Part shown: positions 36,300-49,629 of the stretch, piece by piece
Position numbering within the stretch: the stretch's first letter is position 1
Layout of the letters: every line of letters begins with the position of its first letter
NCBI GenBank assembly: GCA_043228905.1
Contig: JBHGNT010000017.1
Span: forward strand, 11,532,001 to 11,596,000
DNA length: 64,000 bases
Source: Azolla caroliniana
Lineage: Eukaryota > Plantae > Polypodiophyta
Direction: 5' to 3'
Program-made: the position numbers and the translations under genes
The notes under the pieces: model-generated
The model's input: the letters and a program-made list of their open reading frames with translations, nothing else
The model's database searches: none
Told to the model about the DNA's origin: nothing

Positions 36300-37099
36300 A
36301 CCTTGGGCATGATCTACAATGTCACCAAGTTCCGACACTATCTATTTGGGAGGAAATTTTCCTTTCATGTAGACCATTCAACGCTACTTTACTTGGTCGC
36401 AAAAGCATCACTCACGGGTAAGCTGGCCCGGTGGACGTTATTATTACAGGAATTTGAGTTCGAGATATTTCTCCGACCAGGCATACAACATGCGGTTGCG
36501 GATTATTTGAGCCGGTTAGACTCCAGTGAAACCAGTGACGGAGTCCCAGACGAGTTTCCAGATGCAGAGTTGTTTAGGGTCACGGCTGTTTAGAGACAAG
36601 CTCAACATCGGCCGGATCGGCTGAGCAAGCCAAGGACCGGATCGGTTGGGACCAGATTGGTTTGGCTGGACCGGTGTGTAAAACGGATGCGTAAATTGGT
36701 ACCAGACCGGTGGGTAGGAAGGTCGTATCGGTGCGTAAACCGAAAGGCCGTTAGAGAGATATTCCTCTTAAGGAATAGTTTTGGGAGTAAAAGTCAAGGC
36801 TCATTTATGAGCAGTCCAGTACTGTCAGTACTTGTGTCAGCCCATTGTCAGGGCGTGTATAAAAGGTGCTCACTGAGCACGATGTATGTACAGAGTGTTA
36901 GTTTTTTGAATTGTCTTTCTCTCTCTCTGTCTCTCCCGTGCAAACCTAAGCTTTCCATTAAACCTATGTTTTCTATTGTTCGGTTTCCTATATTGCTTTT
37001 GCACATAATCTTTCACATGGTATCAGAGCGTGAGAGTTGAGAACCTCTACAACCGACTTTGCTTAAAGGAAAACCAACGAAGAAGAACAAGAAAACCAA

Positions 37100-40000
37100 T
37101 GGAAAGAGGAATGGCTAGCTCGCTTCCAACAAAGAAGCTCGACAGAACCAACTACGCATCTTGGTCCTACAAGATGCACTAGTACGTGCTTGGGCACAGT
37201 TACTAGAGCTATGTCGAAGGACCGAATGACACAGCACCCGGATCGACACACAAAGACTTCCCGATGTGGGAACAATCGGCGAGTAGAGTGTTGTACTGTT
37301 TCGTGTCTTGTGTGGCGAACAACTATTAAGCTACGTTCGGGATGCAAAAACACCGAAGGGTGCATGGGAAAATCTGAAGAAGATCTTTGCCACAAGCACC
37401 ACAGCGAGGAAGCTTCAACTCCGAAGGAGTTGAGCAACGTACGACAACGCAATTTGTCGGCGGTTGACTATACCTCGAAGATCAAGGACATCTATGACTC
37501 CTTAACTTCCATCGATGTGAACATCGAGGAAAGCGAGATGGTCCAGGTCTGTCTCGAGGGTTTGGCGTCAAAGTTCGGAGCGTTCCGAACTATTGTGTGT
37601 ACATGAGAGAATACGTCGTCGTTTTTCGACTTAGAGTCGATGCTCCTTATAGAGGAGAACCACGCGGGTGCGTCGACAAGCACGCATGCCGATAGCAAGA
37701 TGTTGTACATGGAGGGAGATAGGCCTTGTGGTCGTGGCGGACGAGGTGAGTTGGTACGCAATGGAGGCGGCCAACGGGATCAAGGAAGAAGACACCGAAG
37801 TGATGCCGACAGCATTCCGGACCCTCCGGAAACAGGGGGAGTCGAGGCAACGAGAACCGGCAAGGGAAATCCGCCGCGGAATGCTAGTACTGTGACAAGA
37901 AAGGCCACAGGGAGAGTGAGTGCTGGAAAAAGCGTGCCCAGTCGAAGAGGACTGGCTCCGGATCAGGTTCCGAACAGACCAACAAAGGAAATCGGCAACG
38001 ATCGCATTATGCCAAAGGATCCGGAGAAGCCGAAAAAGGGTCAGTCTTCATGACGAGACACGAAACAAACTCAATGAAGCAGACCACCCCAAAATCGGAC
38101 GAGGTGTGGTACATCGACTCCAGCACGTCAAATCACATGACGAGCCATAAGGAGTGGTTCTCGTACCTAGAAAAACCAATGCAACCGTAAGTAGTCGCAA
38201 CCGGAGACAACACTCCGCATCCGATCACGAATGTCGGTGAAGTTCCCCTGAGCCATGTCGGGCAGAAAGGGAAACTCATGAACATGCTACACGTCCCGAC
38301 ATTCATGAAGAACTTGGTGTCGGTCGGACAGGTCGTCGACCAAGGGATGGAGGTCCGGTTTACACACCTCGGGTGCTTCATTGAGGAAGAAGGCCATGTT
38401 ATTGCGCAAGGGTGCTGAGCGTAACCGGAGCTGGAACAAACTCGACTTGATACACTCCGATGTATGGGGGCCGGCACAAAATGTTAGTCTTGGTGGGAGC
38501 CGATATTTTGTCTCCTTCATCGACGACAACGCGCGGCACACGTGGATCTACCTCATTGAGAGGAAGAGCGAAGTCTTTGACTGTTTCCGGAACCTCAAAG
38601 GGTTTGTGGAAACGGAAATAGGAAGAAAGATCAGGTGCCTACGGTCGGATGGTGGAAAAGAATACTTTTCCGGTCCATTCAACGGTTATCTACAACAGAT
38701 GGGAATTCGGCGCGAACTCAGTTGTAGATACACGCCGGAGCAAAACGGCGTGGCCAAGATGAAAAATCAGTCGGTTGTGGAAGCGGCACGGGCAATGCTG
38801 GAAGAGAAGAGCTTGCCAAAGTTCTACTGGGCCGAGGCGGTAAGAACCACGGTATACATCCAGAATCGGATCGGAGAAAAAGTGTCGGCGCACAAGCTAT
38901 ACTTCAGAACGAAGCCGAACCTGGGACACTTACGAGTTTTCGGTAACATTGCGTATGTGCATGTGCCCAAGGAGAAACGAGGGAAGTTGGACGCGAAGGC
39001 CGAGAAATGTATCTTGGTCGGTTACTCGGACGAGCAAAAGGATTATAAGTGTTATAACCCGCGCACCAAACAAGCGCGCGTGAGCCGCGACATTGTGTTT
39101 GATGAGTCTGCGTCCTGGTACTTGCCTCCGACTCCAGATCTCAACTCCAATCCGAGCTCTGACGATGAGGTCAACGAGACTCAGATACCTCCGAATGAGC
39201 CTGAAATCGGGACCCGCGAAGAGAGTCCAATTTCGTTTCGGTTAAGTGGACCGAATGGACGACTGAGTTGGTTCGACCAGTCTGATGAAGAGCCGGCGAG
39301 TAGTGGAGACTCGGCCGTGCATTCCCCGTGTAGGAAGCCAAGGAGATGGCTTACGCACAAAGAGAAAATGAAGAAGAAGGTGTCGGATTCCGGCACGGAT
39401 AGAAACGAGTCAGACCGACACGAGTTCGACTCCTAGGGAAGCGGTGACGGGTCTTCAAGAGTGAAGTCCACATCGGCCGAGAAGACCTCGACATCAGTTA
39501 ATGACAAATTACGCCGATCTACCCACTAGAAGAACCTAGTTGTGCGGTTCGGATACAACGAGTACATGGCGCTTCATTATGCGTACATGACCCGTGTAGC
39601 AGAAGTGCGTGAGCCGGAGAGCTACGCAGAAGCAGCTAAGGACGCGAATTGGCGCGCCGCGATGGAGGAAGAGATGCACGTATTGGCGGAAAATGAGACT
39701 TGGGACCTAGTTTTGCTCGCTATAGCTGCGGCAAAGGGGTGGCACTTACATTAGATGGATGTAAAGAATGCGTTCCTGCAAGGTGAGCTTGAGGAATAGG
39801 TGTACATGGTACAGCCCCCCGGATTTCACTCCGGAACGAGCACGTCGGCAGTGTGCCGATTGAAGAAGTCCCTTTACGGACTGAAGCAAGCTCCGCGTGC
39901 CTGGAACGCGAAGATCACGCAGCAACTGCGTCAGATGAGCTTTGCAACGTCAAAATCAGACTCTTCTCTGTTTCTCCGAAAAGGTCAACTCGGTCTGGTC

Positions 40001-41122
40001 AGTATTTTACTATATGTTGATGACGTGGTCATCACCGGCACCGACCTAGGTGAAATCGACCGCGTGAAGGTCTAGTTCACGGCATCATTCGACATGAAGG
40101 ATCTGGGGGACCTTCATTACTTCCTCGGGATCGAAGTGATCTGCACCCCGGAAGGCATACTGATCAGCCAATGTCATTACGTGTTGAATATGCTCTTCAA
40201 ATTCGGGATGGCAGACTGTAAGTTCGTCTAGACTCCTCTGGATAGAACTGTCAAGCTTCGCCCCAAGCCCGGATAGGTATGCAACCCGACGAGGTTCCGA
40301 TAGATAGTCGTCAACCTTATATAATTGACCATCACCCGACCAGATTTCAGCTACCCGGTCGGGGTAGTTAGTCAGTTCATGACGCGACCGACCGAGGAAC
40401 ACCTTCAGTGCACACAACGCGTACTCCGGTACGTCAGTGGCACTAAGGACCGGGGACTGCTATATCGGACTGGTATAGCCTCGCAGTTGGTCGGCTACAC
40501 CGATGTTGATTGGGCTAGCAACGCCGCCGATTGCTGATCCACGTCCGGATACACGTTCTCTCTTGGGAGTGTCGCGATAGCGTGGAGCAGTAAGAAGCAG
40601 TCGACAGTTGCACTGTCGAGCACTGAAGCTGAGTACCGAGGAGCGGCTGTCGCGACATGCGAAGCCATATGGTTGAAGCGGCTACTTAAGGATCTATAGG
40701 TGGAGGTGTCTGATCCGACGACGATCTACGGCAACAACCTCAACAACATCCAGCTCGCGAAGAACCCCGTTTTCAACGCACGGACCAAGCACATTGAGGT
40801 GAACTACCATTTCGTCCGTGAGCGTGTTCTCTCCGGTGAAGTCGAACTTCAGTATGTTCCAACGGATTAGCAGACCGCCGACATCTTTACCAAGCCTCTT
40901 GGACTGGACAAGTTGCGGCAATTCTTGGGTGCGCTTGGGTTGTGTCACCTCGACGCGCCGAACTTGAGGGGGAGAGAAGACCGCGACGCCGAGTCAGATG
41001 ACGAATTCGATTTCGGATCGGCTGAAGAACCCGAGGGTGGATCCGTGGAAGAGTCCGAAAACGGACATAAGGGGAGCAGACTTAAGAAAGAATCGGAGCC
41101 AACCAAGCATGGGGGAGATAAT
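37100..41122 (+). pseudogene. gag-pol: Copia gag-pol remnant with deletions
   Basis: IHSDVWGP, RSDGGKEY, KLDAKAEKC; SLYGLKQAPRAW, YVDD; TRPD, ADIFTK. Confidence 0.9.
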
Positions 41123-44100
41123 TGTTACCTCGTACGAGATGTACGGAGAGTCAAGTGTGATGAGCGAGGGTCGAATGTTATCATAATGTTGTGTATGTGT
41201 AGGGGGCATAAATGTAATTGTGAGTCGATACGTATGTGAACACATGCACACGTGTGTGCATGTGGATGGATACGAGGAGGTATGAGTAGGTGTCCAGTAT
41301 GAATGCTCTAGGGGGCTTACACCCCTTTGTATCTACCCCCTCTTGTACTATTTAACCCCCTTATGGGGAATGAATGAAAAATGAATCATTTCTCTCTATC
41401 TATCTCTCTTTTCATCTCTCTCTCTCTCTCTTCCCTCCCCTTAACGTTGAACCCCCTTGGGAGGGGGGTGGAGCCATTCTAGGCACCACCCCCCACCCCG
41501 CAATGCTTCTCAATGCACATGATCTCTCTCGCCATCAATCCCATACTCTCCATCATCATCATAACCACCATGTCTATCTTTATCATGATTATCATCGTCC
41601 TTAACCCTAGCCCTAAAACATACAACACCTTTTGGCGACCACTAAGGCGTTGGAGACCCTTTGGAGACGGAGTCGAAGAATGATACGCGACAATGTGAGG
41701 CATAGTGATGATGATATGTAAGAGATGTCCGGGTAATGATGGTGATATGCAACAAAAGGCGGAAGAAATCAGAAATGGAAGATTGACAAGATTGACTGCT
41801 GCACAATTCTACAACAAATTAATCTCTATATGTGAATGTTTTGTGTGGTCTGTTTTTGCCCTAAATGTCCGAGAAATGTTGGCCAAGATGTACAAAAACG
41901 GTGTCAATGCATGAGAGGAAGTTGCAAAACAAGTTGCAAAAGGATGGCGTTACATGAGTGTGCGAGAATGGAAATGACAATGTGCAAATGTGCGGTTAGC
42001 AGCAACGTGTGCGTGTTCCAAGGAGACTGCGGAGGAAGACGCAATGTGTGGAGCGTGGGCCAGCAAGATGTGCGGGACCGGAATGGGACGTGTTCATAGT
42101 TTCCAGTTTCCAGAGAAGCAACGCGGAAAAAGTTGGAGCCAGAACAAGAGTTGGTTGGCACCGAAGCGGTCGTAATGGCCGGGCGGCCGTTAGAGTAGAC
42201 AGAGCCGAAACAACAACAGTGACGCCGAAAAGCGACGGACGGAGAGACAACCGTCAGATATCAACGGCTGACAACTAGATGACGACTGAACAGACCGGCC
42301 ACGCGATTGCAGACCGGCCGGACAGGGCCGACGAAGATGAGAGAGGCTTCAGGAACGGTCATCACCAACCGACAGCAGTCGGAGCGGCCGGAGGGCCAGA
42401 CAAAGTCAGGGAAGCAAACAGGCCGCCAGGATGACGGACGGTGTCGGACGACGACGAAACCGACAGAGACGGTGATGGAGTCCGCAACGGAGGCAGGCGG
42501 AGCAACCGAGAACCGAGGAGCGGCCAAAGCGACCGGAATAGCCGACCAGTGGCTAGAGTGGCCAGATAGGCCCGGACAGAGACGGAACCGGCCAGAGCGA
42601 TGGCGGTGGCTGAACAGTCGATGACCGGATCGGAGATGACGCTGAAACGAAGGGCCAAACAGACACACACAACAACAAACGAGGCATAGATGGACAGAGA
42701 CGACAACCAGTCGGAAGGAGATACACCAGTATGTAGATGGAGACAACCGCGGATGCAGGACCAGAAGCACAAGCAATCAAAGAGCGGTCGGAACAACGAT
42801 GATGACGGCAAAACAAGGGCAGCCACCGGAAAGGAGCCGGTTGCGGTCGAGGTGGCTGAAATGCACAGAAATGGCCGAAATGCAGCCGGAATGGCCGGAG
42901 TGGCTGAAATGCGCCTAGAAAGGCTGGACAACTGACGCCAAAACAACGGGCCGGATAGTATCGGCGACAGATAGAGGATCGGCGACAACCAACGGTCACG
43001 AGTGGCCGGTAGACGACAGAGACAAAGAAATGGAGATAGTGACGAAGAGACCATGGAATGAGAGAAGGAACTAGAACACACAGAGAAGAAAGTAGAGAGT
43101 ATAGAAGAGAAGGCAGAGAAGGCTTAAGACAGAGGATGGAGAAAAATGAGCAAGGAAGAGGAAGACAAATACAGAAGAACAACAGAAAAAGAGAGGAGAG
43201 ACAGGAAGGCAAGTAGAGAAGCAGGAAAAGAAAACAGAAAGAAAGAGGAAGAAGAGGCAAGAAAAAGAAAAAGACAAAAACGGAAAAAAGAGGGAAAAAG
43301 AGAACGATAAGGGGCATTCGAGGAGTTTTGAAAACTTGAGGGCATTCAAAGAATTTCGAAAAACATGATGGCATTGAAAAAATAAAAATAAAATTTAAAA
43401 TTTAAAATTTAAAAATCAAAGGGCACATACAAAATTTTGAAAACTCATCCACCTAAAGAAATGGACATGATCGACCACACACAACTCAAAACAAAGGAAG
43501 AACACACATACATACAACATATTTTTGACGACCCAAATGATTTTACGAAGTTCGTAAGTCGACAGAACGAGAATGTTCGTGTCGCGGAAGATTTGCTGAC
43601 CGACAAATATGTTCGAGTCAAGCATTCCGATCGAGGGAGTCGATCGTTGAAAGGACCGATGGAAGTTCCGGTCAAAGAAATATCATCACCAAGGCATGTG
43701 GGATCGACGTGCAAGGCACTTTCCCACGGGCGTGCCATATTGTGTTACCTCGTACGAGATGTACGGAGAGTCAAGTGTGATGAGCGAGGGTTGAATGTTA
43801 TCATAATGTTGTGTATGTGTAGGGGGCATAAATGTAATTGTGAGTCGATACGTATGTGAACACATGCACACGTGTGTGCATGTGGATGGATACGAGGAGG
43901 TATGAGTGAGTGTCCAGTATGAATGCTCTAGGGGGCTTACACCCCTTTGTATCTACCCCCTCTTGTACTATTTAACCCCCTTATGGGGAATGAATGAAAA
44001 ATGAATCATTTCTCTCTATCTATCTCTCTTTTCATCTCTCTCTCTCTCTCTCTTCCCTCCCCTTAACGTTGAACCCCCTTGGGAGGGGGGTGGAGCCATT

Positions 44101-44249
44101 CTAGGCACCACTCCCCACCCCGCAATGCTTCTCAATGCACAGGATCTCTCTCGCCATCAATCCCATACTCTCCATCATCATCATAACCACCATGTCTATC
44201 TTTATCATGATTATCATCGTCCTTAACCCTAGCCCTAAAACATACAACA
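41123..44249 (+). mobile_element. Non-autonomous LTR element (LARD/TRIM-like, 3.1 kb, no recognisable coding domain)
   Basis: Near-identical LTRs at 41123-41627 and 43743-44249 (TGTT...AACA). TSD ATAAT/ATGAT. PBS TGGCGACCAC at 41633-41642. Interior is low-complexity and GA-rich. Confidence 0.92.
43698..43737 (+). other. tRNA-Arg-like 3' motif at the PPT position (non-autonomous element)
   Basis: GTGGGATCGACGTGCAAGGCACTTTCCCACGGGCGTGCCA, 5 nt before the 3' LTR. Confidence 0.85.
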
Positions 44250-45018
44250 ATGATGCTGTCAAGGGCGAGAAGACCGAAGACGAGTTGGAGACAGCCAACT
44301 CGGACGAGAGCGAAAACCGATCGGAGGTAGCCGAGTCGGTTTGAATGTTCGATTCGTATACACTGAATCAACCGAGGGCCAAGCGGAAAAGAGGGCAGAA
44401 GGAGAAGCGCCAACACCGCGACAACAAGGGAGTTGTGAAGGGCCGTACCGACCGGAAGGGTCGAAGCGCACAGAGTCGAACAAGCCGAGGAGCGCGAGCG
44501 AGGCATGGAGCCAAGAGGAATTGGAGTGGTGATTGAGGAAGATCCTGAAGAGCCTCAGGTTGAGCTTGAGGGGGAGTGTTGAGAGACAAACTCAACATCA
44601 GCCGGATCGGCTGAGCAAGCCGAGGACCGGATCGGTTGCGACCGGATCGGTTAGGCTAGACCAGTGCGTAAAACGGATGCGTAAACTGGTACGCAGACCG
44701 GTGCGTAGGAAGGCTGTATCAGTGCGTAAACCGAAAGGCCGTTAGATATTCCTCGTAAGGAATAGTTTTGGGAGTAAGAGTTGAGGCTCATTTATGAGCA
44801 GTCAAGTACTATCAGTACTTGTGTCCGCCCATTGTTAGGGTGTGTATAAAAGGTGCTCACTGAGCACGATGTATGTACAGAGTGTTAGTTTTTTGAATTG
44901 TCTTTCTCTCTCTCTGTCTCTCCCGTGCATACTATGCAAACCTAAGCTTTCCATTAAACCTGCGTTTTCTGTTGTTCGGTTTCCTATATTGCTTCCACAC
45001 ATAATCTTTCACAATAGC

Positions 45019-46455
45019 AGAAACGGCAACAGATGGTATGGTCACCGAGGAGGACAAGTGGCTCACTAACATGCACAAATTCCTGAGCACCAGATTACCT
45101 CCATAGGAGATGAACAGAGACGAGCGGAAACGATTAGCAGTACAAAGCCGGCACTTCTGCCTACTACAGGACACATTGTACAATAAAGGTGCGGATGGCA
45201 TATGGCGATGCGCGGTGCGCAGCGACGAAAAAGACCAAATAATGTGCGAATCACACTGCGGCGTTGCCGGAGGGCATTATGCTGGGGACGCTACGACAAG
45301 GAAAATATGGCAGAGTGGCCTATGGTGGCTGACAACATTAAAAGACGTTGTTCGGTATGCTAAAGAATGTGAGTTATGTCAGCAAATGGGCCAACCAACG
45401 AAACAGGCAAGAATTCCTCACCAGCTAGTGCTGCCATTGGAACCATTTCAGAAATGGGGGTTGGACTTCGTTGGCCCATTTAAACCACCAGCAATGAGAA
45501 CTGGCAACTGATACGTGATTGTCGCTACGGACTACTGCACCAAGTGGGTGGAGCCCAAAGCACTACGTGACAACACCGCGGCATCCACGGTAAAGTTTTT
45601 ATATGAATATATCTAGTGCCGATCGAGCTAATTAGCAACCAAGGTGGGCATTTCCTAGGACAAGTGGTGGAGAGCTTGACGACATTCTATGCATTGGTGC
45701 ACAAGCGAAGCACTCCATATTATCCTCAAGCCAACGGATTAGCCGAATCCACAAATAAGACGCTACAAAACATCCTGCGGAAAATCGTCAATCAGAACCA
45801 GACAGATTGGGATACAAAGCTGCACAATGTACTCTGGGCCTACTGGACAGCTTATAAGACAAGTATCCGGACAACGCCTTTCCGATTAGCATTCCGATTG
45901 GAAGCGGTAATGCCAATCGAACTCCAAGTTCCCAGTTTGCGGTTACAGGTTCGGGAACACCTAAATGAGAAGGAGTCGGAAACAGTTTGGCTAGCAGCAC
46001 TATGCGAACTAGAGGAACACCGGATAGCCAGTCTGATGCACATGGAACTGGAGCAACGGAGAAGGAAAGTGTTCATCGATCGACACCGGAAAGGTAACGA
46101 AAAAATGTTTGAGATCGGCAAGCCGGTACTTGTATTCCAGACCCGGACGGGTAAGATGTCGGGGAAGCTACAGTTTCGGTGGACCGGACCATATTGGATT
46201 ACACGAAAGTTCAACAGTTCCTACTAGCTAGGGACACTCGCCAGAGAAGTTATGGGTAAATGGGTCAATGGGTTTCGACTCAAACCATACTATGGACCCA
46301 TGCCAAGAAACCCATTTGAACAGACAAAGGCTGACACCGAACTGGACACCGGTAAGCACGACGAGACGATAACCGGTCAAGCAATCGGCAAGCATGAAAC
46401 CGGTGAAAGGGACCACAATCCGGGGAAGGTTCCATTTGGGCCGGATACGGATTAA
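45019..46455 (+). pseudogene. pol: Integrase of A2
   Basis: HCGVAGGHY..CELC; WGLDFVGPF; NGLAESTNK; RWTGPY. Confidence 0.92.
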
Positions 46456-46819
46456 CAAGATCGAATCTAAATAAAATAATAAAAAGAAAAAAAGAAAAGA
46501 AAAGAAAAAGAAAGAAAATCGAATCAGATCAAATCAAACCCAAATCATGCGATGACGAGAAGCGAACATGACAAGGGAGGAGTGAACGGGCACTTTGAAA
46601 AGCCACGTAGTGGGCTTTTTATAGCGCATTAAAACGCTGCCACGTGGCACTTCATTGCTATTATAGTACACGACGTGTGCATGCACAGGAATTGAGAAAC
46701 GCGCCAACATGCAGGACAAAAACCTCCACCACATGAAGGTCTTCTCATTTCGGGAACAGAGAAGTGCAAATGCACACATGCAATTAAAGATAATAAGAAG
46801 CGAGCACCCAAAGCCCACT

Positions 46820-49388
46820 AACGCTCTCTAAGGCAGCCAAGAAGTGGTTGAAGCAACACGGATTCGAAGGATTCTTCAGGATCATGGAGGCACCACCACA
46901 CAGAAATGCGGAAAAGGTTGTCAAAGACATCGACACAGAAGTAATCACAGAGGAGGCAATACGTGCCCTGACGGGCCTACTCGAAGGCGACATCTTCACC
47001 ATCGACAACCCTACCCCGAAGCAGCTCACGAAATACTTCAGTGAGTACTCTTTGGCCAACAAGGCATATCGCACACAAGGCGATGAGGATGGCTTATTCC
47101 GAGAGATTGCTCATGTACTCCACGAGTTTGGCCATGTGTACCCTCGACCCCCGACAATGCCTAGGAACACAGCCGGTTTAATTATAGCCACATATGAGGG
47201 TATACAGGTGGACTGGTCGGTGTTGATCGCCGACGGACTGCACGCGGCCATCAACTCGGTAATAGGGAAGGATGGCAGGAAAATATGGACAGCGGTGGCG
47301 CAATGGCTCACATTGTTTAGCCACCAGTGGAGCCCATCACGACGAAGAAGCGGGGGAGATCAACTAAAGGAACCCCCAAAATGGCTTCAAAATGGCAGCA
47401 ACTATTGGCTGCTAAGGCAACCAAAGAGGAGGCCGACACTGAAAAAACGGCGAAAGAGCGGCCTAATCGGAAACGGCAGGGGGAGACATAGGAGGAAACA
47501 CTGGCACAGCCAATAAAGATTACATTGCAACGACCAGGTCAACAGGAGCTAGATCCCTTGGCAATGGAAATCAATCTTGGGATCAGGAGGAAGATAAGAA
47601 GGAGGAGCCCAGCACCTCCAGCGGTGCCAAAAGAAGAGCACTACAGACCATGCCTGGGAGCAATCGGGTGCAGAGAAGGATAGGACGTCGATACCCCGCA
47701 CTGAGGGCCCAAAGCAAGGGGTGGAATCGGAACCGGTTCGAATAGAACCGGTCACAGAATTACCTACGCAGTAGGTTACGCCAGCGGGTCAGGACATAAC
47801 AAGACCCGTGATTAAGGAGCCGGTGATTCAGTTGTCTACACCACCGGCACACCAGGACCAACCAGAGCCAGAACGGCCAACTTAGACACAACCAGAGCCA
47901 GAACTACCAAGTGGTAACCAACCGGAGCCAGAGTTGCCAATCAACGTAACCAGACAAGATCAGCCACTGGCAAGCACAGAAATCGGCCAACCCTCTGCAC
48001 AGACACAACAACAAGGCATCAACAACCAATGGTTGCGGTGGATCGGTGAGCAAATAGCCGGAGTGGTGCATTATATGGAGGCAGAGGAGAAAGTACAATT
48101 GGACCGGTTGCTAGCCACAACCGGAGAACTAGAGAAGGGCCAATCAAGGATCCGGAGAATGGAACAAGAATTGGAAATAGCCACGGAAGAATTGGCTAAG
48201 ATGGTCATAACAGGACCCCAGGAACCAGAACCGGCGGCTCCGATACATGTACAGAATAAGGAAACACCGAAAACTGTACATAATAATACGACCCCGGTGA
48301 GGGAAACAATCTTGGATACAATTACAACGCAAGCACAAGAGCTTGCCGTTCTCAAAGAAGACCTGGCCGCACAGGAAACATTACAGGCCAGGGAAAGAGA
48401 ATTAAAAATGGCGGCGGAGGAGGAACAACAGAAGGCTGTCAACAACCTCCGCTGACCAGAAGAAAGCCTACGGAAGGGACACTAGGCCTATGACAGGCTT
48501 AAGGAAGAGAAAGAAAAATTGCTGCAAGAGAAGGATAAAATCCGAAGGATGGTGGAAACAGAGATAGAGAGGCTCAAAGAAGAGCTTTGGCAGCAAAAGG
48601 ATAGGGAAGACCGAGCTCGCCGCCAAATCAATCACAAGTTGAAGCAGAAAATAGACGATTTTTACCGCTTGCACCGGGATTATAAACATGTCGAGATAGA
48701 ATACAAGAAGCTCATCACCCACAGCGACCAGCAGCAGGAGAAGATGTTCGAGCTCCGGAACGAAGTGCAATGGGCAGAGACGGCACTAGCGGAAGAACGG
48801 GCTGAGACGACAAACATATGAGCTGAAGCGGCGCATGAATGCCGGGAACTCCAGATGCAACATCATGAGGAAACGGAACGTGCCACCATGGTCTTACAAA
48901 GAGTACAGACAACCTATCAAAATCAATTGTTGCGCTACAAGGACCAGGAGGTGGAAACTATAAACCTGATCAAACAGTTGAAAGAGGAACGACAGGCCAC
49001 AAAAGACAAATCAAAGATGGGTCTGGAGCAGATCTGGTGCATTGTACAAGCATGGAAGAATCGAACGAACTGCTTGATTGAAGACAGCTCAATATTATGG
49101 TGGTCGAAATGGGCGAAGCGTGTTGCCGAGCTACAATTGCTGAGGGTGGACGCAGAAAACCGGCAAAGGGAAGGAGATGAGTTCTATAAGCTGGAAAAGG
49201 AAGACTTTGTTGCCGTGAAAGATGAATTGGCTAATGAACAGATAGCAGTGGTCTGGCAACTAGTGGCACAACTGGACGATGATCGGTTGGATAACCAAAT
49301 CTGGTTTGAAAGTTATGAAAAGGAGAGGCTACGGCAAGAGGTGATGAGGAGCGCGGCAACAATCAATCTCAGTGATGAAGAGCCATAG
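46820..49388 (+). pseudogene. Extra ORF of A2 (N-terminal domain plus coiled coil)
   Basis: ORF pieces 46848..47516, 47934..48455, 48519..48821 and 48855..49388 are collinear with the A1 eORF. Confidence 0.85.
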
Positions 49389-49629
49389 TCGGAGCAAAGG
49401 AAAGACAAAGGCAAGGTTGGGACAAGACAACCGGATTTAACTCAAAAGGAGCAACAACAACAGCCAACGGAACAATAGTCGAAGCAACGGCCACAACCAA
49501 CGGAGCCGCAACAGGAGGAGCAACAATAGCAAGAGTAGCAGCAGCAATTCGATCAGCTTTCTGAAGAACCCTTAGAGCCTCTTGATCAGAGCATTCTGTA
49601 TATTTTGGACGAGGATTGAAGGCCGGATA

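Larger units (their letters stand above)
36587..45013 (+). mobile_element. Degenerate Ty1/copia element with a nested non-autonomous element
   Basis: LTRs at 36587-37017 and 44577-45013. PBS TGGTATCAGAGC at 37018-37029. PPT GAGGGGGAG at 44568-44576. TSD ACGGC/ATAGC, consistent with CpG decay. Confidence 0.92.

Noticed and set aside
41601-41620. TTAACCCTAGCCCTAAAA as an interstitial telomere
   Set aside because: Only two imperfect units at an LTR end, at most a telo-box-like motif.
42261-43374. Long minus-strand ORFs (273, 239 and 171 aa) as membrane proteins
   Set aside because: These are translations of GA/CT low-complexity DNA in the non-autonomous element.
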